A DNA stretch of 64,000 bases from Octopus vulgaris (lineage: Eukaryota): the NCBI GenBank assembly GCA_951406725.2, contig OX597814.1:24924001-24988000 (forward strand), read 5' to 3'. Shown here piece after piece: positions 37,063 to 50,128 of this stretch. The notes under the pieces are model-generated. The model had not been told where the DNA came from. It made no database searches and worked only from the letters and a program-made list of their open reading frames with translations. Every line of letters starts with the position of its first letter. Position 1 is the first letter of the stretch. Made by a program: the position numbers and the translations under genes.

Positions 37063-37185
37063 GTTGTAGAAAAATTTTTAATCTGGAAATATAATTTAAT
37101 GAGAAGTATCCACAGAAATAAAAACTTAATAATCCTAGATATGTTTTTTATAAGTTCATCGATTCTTGGTCAAATCCTTATCAAG
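37063..37185 (+). other. Candidate spliced exon (123 nt)
   Basis: Acceptor ctttcttcattcag and donor AAG/gtaagt. Frame 0 is open (VVEKFLIWKY...QILIK) but no homology was recognised. Confidence 0.3.
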
Positions 37186-37638
37186 GTAAGTCATTTTAAC
37201 TCATAGTTGACTTAGTATGTGCATAGTTTACTTTTACACATACTAAGGCAGAAAAGCCTTTTTCACATAAGTATGTTGAGCCACATAGAAACAGGATTTG
37301 CATTGCTTCCTTTGAACAATATTGATACAGTTGAATAGATTCAAATTCATACCAACAGCTTTGAAAATTAAAGGCTCAAGCAACATTTTCAAACTGATTG
37401 TCAAAATGTCAAAGTGATTCAGCATTACAAACACATTTAATGTTTTGCATTCTGAAGCAATATCAAAATATGAAAGAAAGGAAACTCAGTCTTTCATATG
37501 CAAGTAAATTGGATGTAAATGAAAATGATACCTTAGAAACCAGGCAGAAGGAAACAAGGCACTTTATGGTAATACATGTGTCAAATTTTGGTAAAGTGAT
37601 GGCAGCCACATCAATTTTTGAATACAATAAATAGCATC

Positions 37639-37875
37639 TTTCCAGAAACATGTATTGCTTTGTGAATACCCTGCACATTGCCAGTTAAAGTAGCACCAGA
37701 TGAAAGATCATTCAGCAATCTAAAGCCCATCAGAAACTTTTTTTAAGGATCATGGTGACACAGGAAAGACTGAATGACCTAGCCATGCTTAGTATTGAGA
37801 GCAAAGTGGTAGGGAGAATTACCTTCAGTGAAATAACAAAAAACATTTGTTTTAAAAAGTGCACATCAAGCCTGT
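37639..37875 (+). mobile_element. hAT transposase C-terminal dimerisation-domain relic
   Basis: FPETCIAL*IPCTLPVKVAPDERSFSNLKPIR/LRIMVTQERLNDLAMLSIES matches the consensus ERSFSxLK...RLxxLAxLSIE. Confidence 0.8.
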
Positions 37876-38674
37876 TTAATTTAATTACTAGAATTCTCAG
37901 TTTTGCATAACTGAACACTTTAAAGGAATTTTTGACGATGTGTTTATATTTCACTAAATTATTCAATTAATTAAACATATGTTTGCATTTTTTCCTCAAA
38001 GCAATATTATTGATTATTGAAAGCCTTTCCACATAGAAAACTTTGTAAAGAAAATTCGCTTTGGGTATCCTTAAGTGTGCAAGGTGCTGGCATCCTGATT
38101 GGTTAAGAAATTTGCTTCCCAACCATATGATATCAGGTTTAATCCTACTGTGAGACACTTCAGATAAGAATCTTCTTCAATCACCCTGTGCATGTGTGTG
38201 TGCATGTATGTATGTATGTATGTATGTATGTATGTATGTATGTATGTATGTATGTATGTATGTATGAATATATGTATGTATGTATGAATGTATGTATGTA
38301 TGTGGGACCTGAGAACTACTGATCAGGCCTCCACTGTAATCAAGTTAATATTAACACCATAATCCTGGATACCACTAATGTCCCAATAATTTTCTGCATT
38401 AACACTAGTAATTATGGTGAAGTGAAAATAAATCATCATTCCCATGACACATCCTACCACTACTATATCATAAAGCAATACCTGAAACAACTATTGCTGA
38501 TTAAGTCCACCTATTCATAGTAATAAGTCTGCCATACCTCTCCTTGATCATGAAAACCCTTACTGTCTTAATGGCAGTGACACTAACACACCGGTTTCTA
38601 GCAGTGGAATAAACAATAACATTGAGCATGATAGGATGCTAAATGAGCACCAGTCTATCAACAGTAGGAAAATC

Positions 38675-38990
38675 TGTAATTGTTAAGTTTTCCAACTCTG
38701 ACCATTAAAGAAGAATTGCTTGCAGAATAATGTTGTATATAAATGTCTGGTCACAACTCCTCATTCCCACATTTACAGGCAATGGTCAACATTGGAGGTA
38801 CAACAGGTGTCAAGTGATGCTACCTTCTAAACAATATACTTTCTCTAGCCACCTACATATTCTGTCTCAAAATCCAGTGCATACCTTCCACCTTATCCTG
38901 TGGAACCCTCCTACAATGCAAATCATTGGATTTGTAAATCATGTTGCTGTGCATTGCTCACTACATTACACCAAAATGAAACCTTACTGA
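38675..38990 (+). mobile_element. Penelope-like GIY-YIG region relic
   Basis: CNC*VFQL*PLKKNCLQNNVVYKCLVT resembles CNC...CPL...CL...VVY of PLE endonucleases. Confidence 0.55.
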
Positions 38991-39227
38991 ATTGATTCAC
39001 TAATGTTATCTTTGCTTGCAAACATAAATTCTACTGGACCTTTGCTCATTATGTAAAATCATAATTTCGCATCATCTCAGCTACAATTCTATTTTACTCA
39101 CCATATTTTTTCTACTACTACATCCCCACTCCTTTACCACAGTGCTTAACTTTCTCACACTTCTCTGTCCATTATCTTTGCTATTCTATTCTTAACTGTT
39201 TTATCTTATCTGAGAGCTACTGCTTTG

Positions 39228-39405
39228 GTTGTGAGTGTTTATTGAACGAAAATACCTAAAGCTCCACAAGGCTCCAGCAGGGGTTGGTGGTGAACCCTGT
39301 TGTACTCTTTCACTACAACTCTCTCACTCTTTCTTTCTGTTTCTGTTGTACCAGTATTTCAGAGGGCCAGCCTTGTGACACTCTATGTCAAACTGAATCT
39401 GTTTG
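39228..39405 (+). mobile_element. SINE family D body
   Basis: Matches 2110-2227. Confidence 0.75.
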
Positions 39406-39564
39406 AAAAGTTTCTCCATACAGAGAAAAATAAAAGGCATTTCCTACTTTATAGGCACTAACCTTGCTTACACTCTCCAACTCCACAGAAGAGTTTTTAT
39501 TCTTGTCCTTTAATTCCCAAATAAATTTACTGAGGCTGGTACAAGATGACTTGTTTTATATTAT

Positions 39565-39990
39565 TGAAGGTGCCCTTTTACACGGAAGCCAGTTGGCTGC
39601 TCTGGCAACGATCATGTTCAGAGCACCATCCGAGTGTGATCATTGCCAGAGCAGCCAACTGGCTTCCATGCCAGTGGCATGTAAAAGGACACCATTTGAG
39701 CGTGATCGTTACCAACGTCGCTTTACTGGCACCTGTGCCGGTGGCATGTGTAAAAAGATTCCAGCAAGGTCATTGCCAGTGCCACCTGACAGGCCCCCAT
39801 GCTGGTTACACGTAAAAAGCACCCACTACACTCTCGGAGTGGTTGGCATTAGGAAGGGCATCCAGCTGTAGAAACCCTGCCAGATCAAGATTGGAGCCTA
39901 GTGCAGCCATCTGGTTCACCAGCCCTCAGTCAAAATCGTCCAACCCATGTTATCATGGAAAGCGGACGTTAAACGATGATGATGATGATG
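39565..39990 (+). mobile_element. RTE 3' UTR copy
   Basis: Modular repeats, common tail and (GAT)n. Confidence 0.85.
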
Positions 39991-42097
39991 TAAATGTAAC
40001 TTTAGATGTGCTTATTGATGTAATTTTCTGCTGCTCCTATGTAAAAGAAACTCTTACCTTCAGACATCACTCTACATCTATATACTATATTCTTTTGCTT
40101 GATTTTTAAATAAACAGTTATATATGTATATATAGTGTATGTATACTTGTATCTCCTTGTCTTGACATTATGACATTGCAGGATAATTGCATATGAACAT
40201 TACCATTAAACAAATGATCTCCATGGGAAAATATCACCTGGCTTAGAAACAGAAAAGAGTTAATGACAAGAAGGATACCTATTTTAATGAATTATTTCTG
40301 TCCCATGATGATGCATGGATTAAATCTATCAACGAAGTAGTAGTGCACACTGTCAAAAACATATCTGTGTAAAATTTCATGACAAATTTGCATTATTAAG
40401 CAACTTATGACTAAGCACATGTACACAAATCCATGTGTGTACAATAATTTAATGCTTTATTTTCATTGTTTTTCTATTTCACACCATAAACTCCAGGATA
40501 CTCTTGACTCTTTAATCCATAACTTGCTGATGTTAAAATGGGAATTATTGCTCTGGTTGCTAAAAGTTCAGAACTTTCAACAGCTGAAACTTTGGAGCTT
40601 CCTAAGGATCCTGCTTCTGCATTAGCCTTTCGGCCCATTTTTTTCTTTCTCTAGTTTCAGCTCAGAGCTGTGGCCATGCTGATGCACTCCTGTTTAATGA
40701 TAAACAGTCTTAATTGAATTTCATACCTTATTGGACTCTCTCATCAGAGGTATCTACATCAATTTGACCAATTCCATTGTCAGTTCTCTTTTTACTAAAG
40801 AGAAATACATGTGATACTTGTTTCTTTATTTTAATTATCTGAAAATTGGACACAGCAGCTACTTTACTGCAAAGAGAAAGCATAGGATTTAAGTGTCATT
40901 CTTCACATACTGCTGCACACTATCAAGAATACTACAGCTGTATTGTGAAGGTAAAAATGGGAGTGTGTGTAAAGTATTAATTTATGACCTGTGTTAAATG
41001 AAATAAATTCCATTTGTAACCAACGGGAAGATATGTTTTTATTTCCCTACATCTCATTCAATTTAATGACACAGAAATAACTTATGGACAAAACATTAGA
41101 TTTATTATTCCTCATAGTAGAGGAGACAATTTAGTAAAACCGTTTTTTCCTGAAATGTTTATTTTTGCTATCTGTTTTTTTCTGAATGACAGAGTTAAAT
41201 ATTTGAAAAACAGAATAATATGTGTGCTGAAAGGGAAAACAAGAATGCATGTTAACAAATTTATAAATTATTACCAATAAGGAAAAAGCAATGACATTTT
41301 GATATAATATGTTTTATCATGCATAATTAATAAATGTTTTCTTTTCAATACAGTGATAGACTGAAGATCAATCAGTGCCTTAAACAATGTGTACAATACT
41401 GTAAAATTGATTAATTTTATTCAATTTGTCAGAAAATGGGATTTCTAACACATATTTTTCCCCGTTCTCTAACTCATTTTTTCCCCATTCTAAACAATCT
41501 TAAGCAAACTTATATTATTTTACTTTTTGTTTCCTAAGTTAGGAAGCAGTTTTCTATTTTGTTTTGTTTTTCAATTTGTTCTTACATCTTACATCAATTC
41601 AGTAAACAATCTTATTTTCCAAACTTTTTGCACTGATGTCTAGTGTTCTGGCAACTAGAATTCTTTGATAGCAAAAATGATAAGGACCCCCAATATATAT
41701 ATTTTTTGTTGCTCTTTAGCCACAATTCAGCCATAGTCTTCCCATCTATTTTTCCATAAAAAATGCTACATTATCTAAAATGCATTTATTTCTTTTTGAA
41801 AACAGCTGGTTATGATATGTAGGTGACTTGGCAGCAATTTCTAGCAAGTCAAGCAACCACATTGCGATTCTTTTCATTGCCTTTGTAACATACAATGGTA
41901 TGCATGAGTCATCACTGTTGTCATGTCTGTTACCCTCGTTGTCATCTTATTGCAGTCACCATCATCATCTTCTTCATCGTTCCCAGTATTACTACCATCT
42001 CCACCATGATCCTCCTCTTCATCTTTGATCATAGTGAATAGTTATGAATAGATATAGATATTGGGGTCAATGGTTATCTGAAAAAATAATAACAATG

Positions 42098-42428
42098 CCC
42101 CCGTGCTGTGGCACATAAAAGGGCACCATTCGAGCATGATTGTTACCAACGTCGCTTTACTGGCACCTGTGCCGGTGGCATGTGTAAAAAGATTCGAGCA
42201 AGGTCATTGCCAGTACTGCCTGACTGGCCCCCACGCCAGTGGCACGTAAAAAGCACCCACTACACTCTCAGAGTGGTTGGCATTAAGAAGGGCATCCAGC
42301 TGTAGAAACTCTGCCAGATCAAGATTGGAGCCAGGTGCAGCCATCTGGTACACAAGCCCTCAGTCAAAATCGTCCAACCCATGTTAGCATGGAAAGCGGA
42401 TGTTAAACGGTGATGATGATGATGATGA
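42098..42428 (+). mobile_element. RTE 3' UTR copy
   Basis: Near-identical to 39670-39990. Confidence 0.85.
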
Positions 42429-42649
42429 ATAACAGTGATCTTTCATTAGTTAATTTCCAAGTGATATTTTTTAAAGGGATTTGTAGCATTTATTTTCTTT
42501 ATAGTATAACTTCGTTGAAATTACACAATGTCTTAAGGCCAACAACAAAGTAGTTGTATTTATTGTTTATCAACAAGTCTGTCATGGTCAAGCAGATATG
42601 TAAAAAAGCATTCAAGCAATGACCGTTTCTTTTTGTCATTTTTGTCAAA

Positions 42650-42886
42650 TCTTATTTCTTTATTGCCCACAAGGGACTAAACATAGAAGGAACAAACAAG
42701 GACAGACAAGGGGACTAAGTCGATTACATTGACCCCAGTGCGTAACTGGTACTTATTTAATCGACCCTAAAAAGGTTGAAAGGCAAAGTCGACTTCGGTG
42801 GAATTTGAACTCAGAATGTATCAGCAGACGAAATACTGCTAAGCATTTCACCCTGCGTGCTAACGTTTCTGCCAGCTCGCCGCATC
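42650..42886 (-). mobile_element. SINE family A (tail 2)
   Basis: Head gcggcgagctggcagaaacgttagc, B-box gagttcaaattcc, core ggtcgattaaataagtacc. Confidence 0.85.
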
Positions 42887-42985
42887 TTAGAATACATAAT
42901 TGTCATCTTCATCGTTGTCATCGTTAATGTCATTGTCATCATCACCATCATGATCATCATCACCACCACCACCACCTTCATTATC

Positions 42986-43021
<36 letters not shown>

Positions 43022-45059
43022 CCATCATCACCATCATTGTCATCATCTTGTCATCATCACTATCATCATCATCGTTTAATGTCCATCTCCCATGTTGACA
43101 TGAGTTAGACAACTTTATCCAATATTCTTTATTTTTTTTTCCTTTTTTGGCTGCTATTTCTAACAGGATGAGCAACTGCATACAAGCTCTCATGATCCCA
43201 AAAGATAGTGGCATGAAAAAAAAACCCCCAAGCTAAATACTAACAGGAAACTCTGTGAACTGAGCTTTCTGTCCCATGAAGACTAAATGTTAATGGGAAC
43301 AGGAGTGGAGAAATAAGAGTACATAATATTGTGGTTGATAGTAATTTCAGAAAAAAATAACAATAATAGCAGTGATGTCAATGATACTAATGCTTCTAAG
43401 AGTTGCTACTATCTTTTCCTATATTTTAAAACTTCTGTTTTTATTTTAGTTTATTTATGACTGCAATGCATTTAACGGTTGTCTATTTCTTACTTCTTTC
43501 TTTTCCTACTCAGTTTCTCTTCATTATTCTGAGTTGCAACAGTTTGAACAGAATTGCTATCAGATTTGCTGTGACACTCTGTGTTTCAATAATATGGTTT
43601 TTCTCCATTTCTGCACAGTAGAATTTTGTAAAGAAATGTGTAAAGAAAGAGATACTACCTAATCCGTACAGGATTGGTAGGAAATTCCAGAAGCTTTATC
43701 ATGACAGCATTAAAATGCCAGCGACCAATATAGCAAATGCAATCATAGATTTTATCAGTCATTCATTTTGGAATAACATCAAAGAAAGAAAGAAAAAAGT
43801 GCATATGTTTAACATTATCACAAAATTTACTCTAAAATTGATAGCAGCAACAGTTCTTTGGTGGTGATGCTTTCATACTGAGTTATATACAGGAGAAGAA
43901 ATAGCTTTACATGAATAAATAAGCAAAATAAACAAACAACTAAATAAATAAATAATGTCCTGGAAATTCTCTGAGTATTTTTTTTAATTAATTACAATCA
44001 AATGAAGTATAAATGCAAAGACAGCTCAAAGTTTTGAACATCAATTATGGAAGAAAGTGAAATACATTTCTTTTTTGCTGTTTTTTTTTTTTTTTATTTC
44101 TGTTAAAGTTTTTAAAGAAATAAGAAAGTCAAAACAAGAGATTCAGTTATCAGTGCAGAAATTTTGTTGTGATTGATATTTGCAGGTACCAAGTTATAGA
44201 GAACGGTATCTTGTGTTGTGATTTTCAAATCTAAATTATGTTTAGATTGTGAATATATTGATATTTTATGATATAAAAAGATTGGCAGAATTGGTAAAAC
44301 ATCAGACAAAATATTTTGTGTAATTTAGTTAGTTGTGATCCTTTATATTCTAAGATCAAATCCTGTCCTCAGTCAATTTTACCTTGCATCTTACTGGGAT
44401 AGGTAAAATGAAGTCAAGACAGGATGACTGCCTGACTTCAGTACTTGGCTCAGCTGGCTCTGGCTGACAGAAACTGACCAAGGATATGAATCCCCAGTTT
44501 TACAGACTCATTATCTTGTGAGAAAAAGCTAGAGAGTAAACCTTGGATTGGAAGCCTTTAAGCAGTCTAGTGTTAAATTTGACACCATTTTTGTAACTCC
44601 TGCAACCAACCTGATGTCAAAAGTACTACTTTGAACTAATTTAGATTCTGCTAGCAAAAATAAGAAGAGGACTATGGCATTCAAGCAACCCAGAATCTCC
44701 ATACATTTAGACCAGACTTGTTTCATGGAAAGATCCCTTTAGACTTTTCAGTGAAGGTACTCAAGCCTAATAATACAATAATTTTTTTTCTGGAGAAGTA
44801 TATCTAAATTAGGAAAAATTCTGTAGAATATGATTTGAGAGAGAGAGAGATTGACTATTATTTCTAGCAGATTTAGTGGTCATATAGAGCCTCCCTCATT
44901 GAATCAGATAAAGGCTGTGTAACATACTGAATGAGTGATGCTGTGGTTAAGTTATGTTGTTTATTTGTTTGTTTATTTATTTATTTATTTATTTATTTAT
45001 TATAAACCTTTCATCTGTCAATTTTTGTTTGAAAGTGAAAATAGAGACATTTTACATTT

Positions 45060-45260
45060 ATGTATTTATTTTGCAAGATTCTTGATGTGAAATCATGTGT
45101 TGAAACGGATATTGTTATATTTGGGGATGGTCATATTTTGCCAATTAAACACTCACACTATCTAATTAGTTTTTACTTCAGCTTTATTATAATTATTTTA
45201 GTTTCTTTGTCAAAATTCTTTCATCACACATCCTGTGACCTTTTCTATGACAGCCTCAGT
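45060..45260 (-). mobile_element. Probable Penelope-type terminal-repeat relic with hammerhead-like fold
   Basis: See the finding at 45208-45252. Confidence 0.4.
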
Positions 45261-45475
45261 CCCACATGACTCTTCTTCAGCTTATTCCATATTTTACTTT
45301 GTTTTAAAGTGTTAGCATCAATTAGAATTTTTTATTATTTAATGCTACACCTTCAATAAGCACTAGCCAATGAAGAAGCAACTACATGGTTCTTTAATCA
45401 AATAGAAACATTAACCAAATCTTCCTCAAATCGCACCCAATCAATTTAGGAAAAAGGAATGATGCATTAGATAAT

Positions 45476-45702
45476 TCAGCTGGCAGAAACGTTAGCATGC
45501 TGAGTGAAATCCTTAGTGGTATTTCGTCTGCCGCTATGTTCTGAGATCAAATTCCGCCGAGGTTGACTTTGCCTTTCATCCTTTTGGGGTCGATTAAATA
45601 AGTACCAGTTATGCACTAGGGTCGATATAATCGACTTATCCATTTGTCTGTCCTTGTTTGTCCCCTCTGTGTGTAGCCCCTTATGGGCAGTAAAGAAATA
45701 AG
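45476..45702 (+). mobile_element. SINE family A (tail 2)
   Basis: Inverted near-copy of 42650-42886. Confidence 0.85.
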
Positions 45703-46267
45703 ATAATTCAGTCGAGCATAGTCCTAAAATGATAGCATGGTCACAGAGGGAATTGATTTTCTTGATCAGGAAGACCCTAAACATGTTTTTATTATGATTT
45801 ACCAAGAGTGGGAAGGATAGTACTTCTGATGCTTTTCAAAGACTGGTAAGAAGAAAGGAAATTATTCACAGGCTGGAGATATGATATATATTATCACAAG
45901 AGAGCTGGCTTTGCTAAAGATACTCAAAGATAATCTGGTGGTGTTAAATTAGTTGTAAAATTAAGTCTACACCCACGAACAGGTATGATTTTACAAATAA
46001 AATTCTTCACTTTCTGTCTACCAAATTTCATTTGCAAGACCTTGATTAATACAAAGCTATGATAGCAGACATTGGTCCAGGCTACCATAAAAATGAGAGC
46101 AAACTCAAAACTGTATACATGCAAAACAAACTGCTTAACCATATGACCATTCTTGCACCCAACAACATCAGCAAAAAAGAACATTAATGTAAATATGAAT
46201 GACATAGTGGTTTCAGTATGAATAGTGATTCAGATGACAGCATAGGATGAATGAATGGATGGACAGG

Positions 46268-46311
<44 letters not shown>

Positions 46312-46365
46312 CTGACAGACAGACTGGTAGACAATTATAGGTTGACAAACAGACAGGCAAACTGG

Positions 46366-46409
<44 letters not shown>

Positions 46410-46442
46410 GAGATAGAGAGATAGATAGAGAGATAGATAGAG

Positions 46443-46485
<43 letters not shown>

Positions 46486-46486
46486 C

Positions 46487-46525
<39 letters not shown>

Positions 46526-46533
46526 TAGATAGA
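46268..46533. repeat. (GATA)n/(GACA)n microsatellite
   Basis: Visible array. Confidence 0.95.
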
Positions 46534-48299
46534 TGCACAAAAACTTTGGTAGTATAATCTTAGTTAATCTAAAACTGCACAATGACTCAACAAGTTGTTA
46601 GTGTGACAACATTGTGTCTATAAGGAGTAAAAAAAATGGTAAAAATGGAAATAGAAATTAAAAATACATAGATTCAATATACAAAAATCTATCATTGGAA
46701 AATTATATTCTATAGCTCAATAATATTTAGTATGAAAAAATTTAAAATAGCTACAGAAAAAATAATGGTGAAGAAAATATTGTTCAATGACAACATTTAT
46801 TGGCTGCTGAGTTTCATGGCCCTTGAATACTAACACAGAGGTCACGAGTTCAAAATTCGTTCTTAGTCATTTTTGTTTAAACTGAACATATAAAAGTTAT
46901 TGTAGCTCACCCTACCGCTAAGGGTCAAAGATGAACATTTTTTTTTTCTTAAGATTCCTGGAATTTTATCCTCTTGCAAGGATGAAAGATCTTTTTGAAA
47001 TAAAAAAAATGTATGAACATTTTATTATTTTGACTATGATGGAGACTTCGGGGGTAATGTAAAAATTGTTCTGTTACAAAGAAATCATTGGCAGTTTTGC
47101 ATTTATGATACTTTTATTTGCTATCAAATGTAAGCTTTTACCGACTAGATTGGGACTGTGAAACTATATTCACCATTAGTATCTATCTTCCGTTAGTATA
47201 TATTATATATGTTCACACCTGCTGTTTACAAAAATATCAAGATAAAATTAATTATCAAACCACTTTATAGAGAAAAATTTATGGAGGAGATCAAAGGAGA
47301 ATGTTTCTACATGCACAAGTGGATAGCTTTCAATATGTGAAATGAAAACTAACAGCAGATTTTAATATGTAATTATACAGAAAAAGCACGAAGGGTTGTT
47401 GAAATTTAGTCTATGTGATAATACTACTACTAATAATAATGACGATGATGATGATGATGATGATGCTTTTTATTTGCCATAGAGGCATCAGATGAGGGGG
47501 ACATTACAAGGACAGTTTACAATTTGTGTGTGGAGAAGTGTTACATAAATGATGTGGGGAAGAAAAGAGAAGGGGGGAGAAACGAAATAAAAGTACACGT
47601 AGTATACAAAATTTCTGAACACATCAATGATACAGTCTTCCTGATTAAGGAGACTCCAAAAAGGACCAATCGACAGTCCCCAGAGATCCAGGATCCAGGA
47701 TCATCTTACCCGAAAGGGGTACAATAATAAAGGAAAAAAATCATTAAATATTAAATTACAAAAGTATAGATATGACCCTGCAGTTAAGAAATTTCCTTCA
47801 CAACTATGTAGATCTTGGTTCACTCCAAGTGTGTGTAGTATTTTAGTCACAAATTTTGTGAGTGGAATTTAGAAGATGGAAACTGAAAAAGTTTATTGTA
47901 CCTACATATATACGTGTACATGTGTGTTGTACAAATGTGGGTAAGGGATGCATACATGTGCATGTATGTATGTGTGTCCATGTCTATGTGGTTTGTATCC
48001 ATTCTTAGTGATTTGACTAATCGAGATCAATAAAATAAGCACCAGACCAAAAAAGAAAAAAAAGCACTTGAGTTGATGAGATTGTTTAAACTCTTGAAAG
48101 CAATACCATAGCATAATTGTAGTCCAGTGACAAAATCAGTAAAATAAGGTATATATTTTTAGAAAGCAAAATTGTTATTGTTGTTTGTCTGAGGTTAGAT
48201 CTGAATGTGCAGAATCACGATTATGGTTTTCCATTTGTAATTATGCCGCTTTTTGTATTATATTTTGAAGTACAATGTGTCTGTAGCATTTCAAGACAG

Positions 48300-48515
48300 C
48301 AAGGCAGTGAGCTGCAGAATCATTACTGTGCTGAGCAAAATGCTTAGCCACATTACATCTGTCTTCGTGTTCTGAGTTCAAATTCCACTGAGGTTGACTT
48401 TGCCTTTCATCCAATCAGGGTCAATAAACTAAGTCCCAGTTGAAGACTGGAGTTGATGTAATCTCTTATTCCCTCCTCTGAAATTGCTGACCTTGAATCA
48501 TGATTTGAAATCAAT
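48300..48515 (+). mobile_element. SINE family A (tail 1-like)
   Basis: aaggcagtgagctgcagaatc...ttctgagttcaaattcc...gcctttcatcc. Confidence 0.8.
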
Positions 48516-48974
48516 ATTTGAAAACAGCAGGGAATGACTGGGAGAAATTTGGCTGTCATTTCTACCAAATTGATCATTAAGTATAATCTTGCTGAAACTC
48601 AAAGAAACAAGAGTGTTCATTAAAACGTGTTGCTATAATTCATCCCATCTTTGTTCAAACTTTGTCAAAGTCACTTTTCATTTTCCTCACTCTGATTCTA
48701 ATAAAATAAGTACCATAATACATTGGAATCTGTTCAAGAATTGTACATCAACTGCAGTCTTGTTACATTTGATATCAAAAAACTATTGATGATATATGGT
48801 GCATGACTCTCCAACTTATGTTCTCACCTATAGTCTACACATGCCTCTTATTTTTTGCTTTGGAACCTTCTTATCAAGCAGCACTATTGGAGACCCACAT
48901 TCTGTAAGCTCTGGAACTCCTAAAAGTTTGATAATGCTTCCTAAACTCTTCTTTCTCTCTATTAATGGTTTATA

Positions 48975-49399
48975 CTCTCTTTACTCTTTTACTCTTTTAC
49001 TTGTTTCAGTCAATTGACTGCGGCCATGCTGGAGCACCGCCTTTAGTCAAGCAAATCGACCCCGGGACTTATTCTTTGTAAGCCCAGTACTTATTCTATC
49101 GGTCTCTTTTGCCGAACCGCTAAGTTACAGGGACGTAAACACACCAGCATCGGTTGTCAAGCAATGCTAGGGGGACAAACACAGACACACAAACATATAC
49201 GCACACACTTATATATATATATATATATATATATACGACAGGCTTCTTTCAGTTTCCGTCTACCAAATCCACTCACAAGGCATTGGTCGGCCCGGGGCTA
49301 TAGCAGAAGACACTTGCCCAAGATGCCACGCAATGGGACTGAACCCAGAACCATGTGGTTGGTTAGCAAGCTACTTACCACATAGCCACTCCTGTGCCT
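48975..49399 (-). mobile_element. SINE family B (CpG-retaining, young)
   Basis: Full-length match to the family. Confidence 0.9.
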
Positions 49400-49721
49400 A
49401 TATAGTGCAAATCTTAAAAATATACCTTTCTATGCACATGTTACTACCCTTGACATTTTAACATTAATCTTCCATACAAAGGTATCATCTACACAAAACT
49501 GAATAATCTCTTGCCAGAATACTTCATCAGAGATATTGAGTGTACTTCAATGGGATCATGTAATTGGTGATTTTTAACAATCAAGGAATCAATTACTACA
49601 CGTATGCAGGAAACAGTTTAGTACTTCATCCTCTCTTGTTATGAACAACAGACAGTTGAAACCCACAAAATTGCTAGAATGTCTTATGATTCCACTTGGC
49701 AAATCACTTTTATATTATATT

Positions 49722-50128
49722 ACTCTTTTTACTCTTTTAATTGTTTCAGTCATTTGACTGTGGCCATGCTGGAGCACCGCCTTTAGTCTAGCAAATTGAC
49801 CCCAGGACTTATTCTTTGTAAGCCTAGTACTTATTCTATCAGTCTCTTTTGCTGAACCACTAAGTTATGGGGACATAAACACACCAGCATCAGTTGTCAA
49901 GTGATGTTGGGTGGGACAAACACAGGCACACAAACATATATACACACATACATATATATATACATATATACGACAGGCTTCCTTCAGTTTCCGTCTACCA
50001 AATCCACTCACAAGGCTTTGGTCAGCCTGAGGCTATAGTAGAAGACACTTGCCCAAGGTGCCACACAGTGGGACTGAACCCGGAACAATGTAGTTGGGAA
50101 GCAAGCTGCCTACCACACAGCCACTCCT
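49722..50128 (-). mobile_element. SINE family B
   Basis: Full-length match to the family. Confidence 0.9.

Noticed and set aside
40706-40750. Hammerhead (minus CTGATGA...GAAA)
   Set aside because: The core words are present but stems I-III pair poorly.
46795-46870. tRNA-like sequence
   Set aside because: Only a B-box-like GAGTTCAAA is present, with no supportable cloverleaf.
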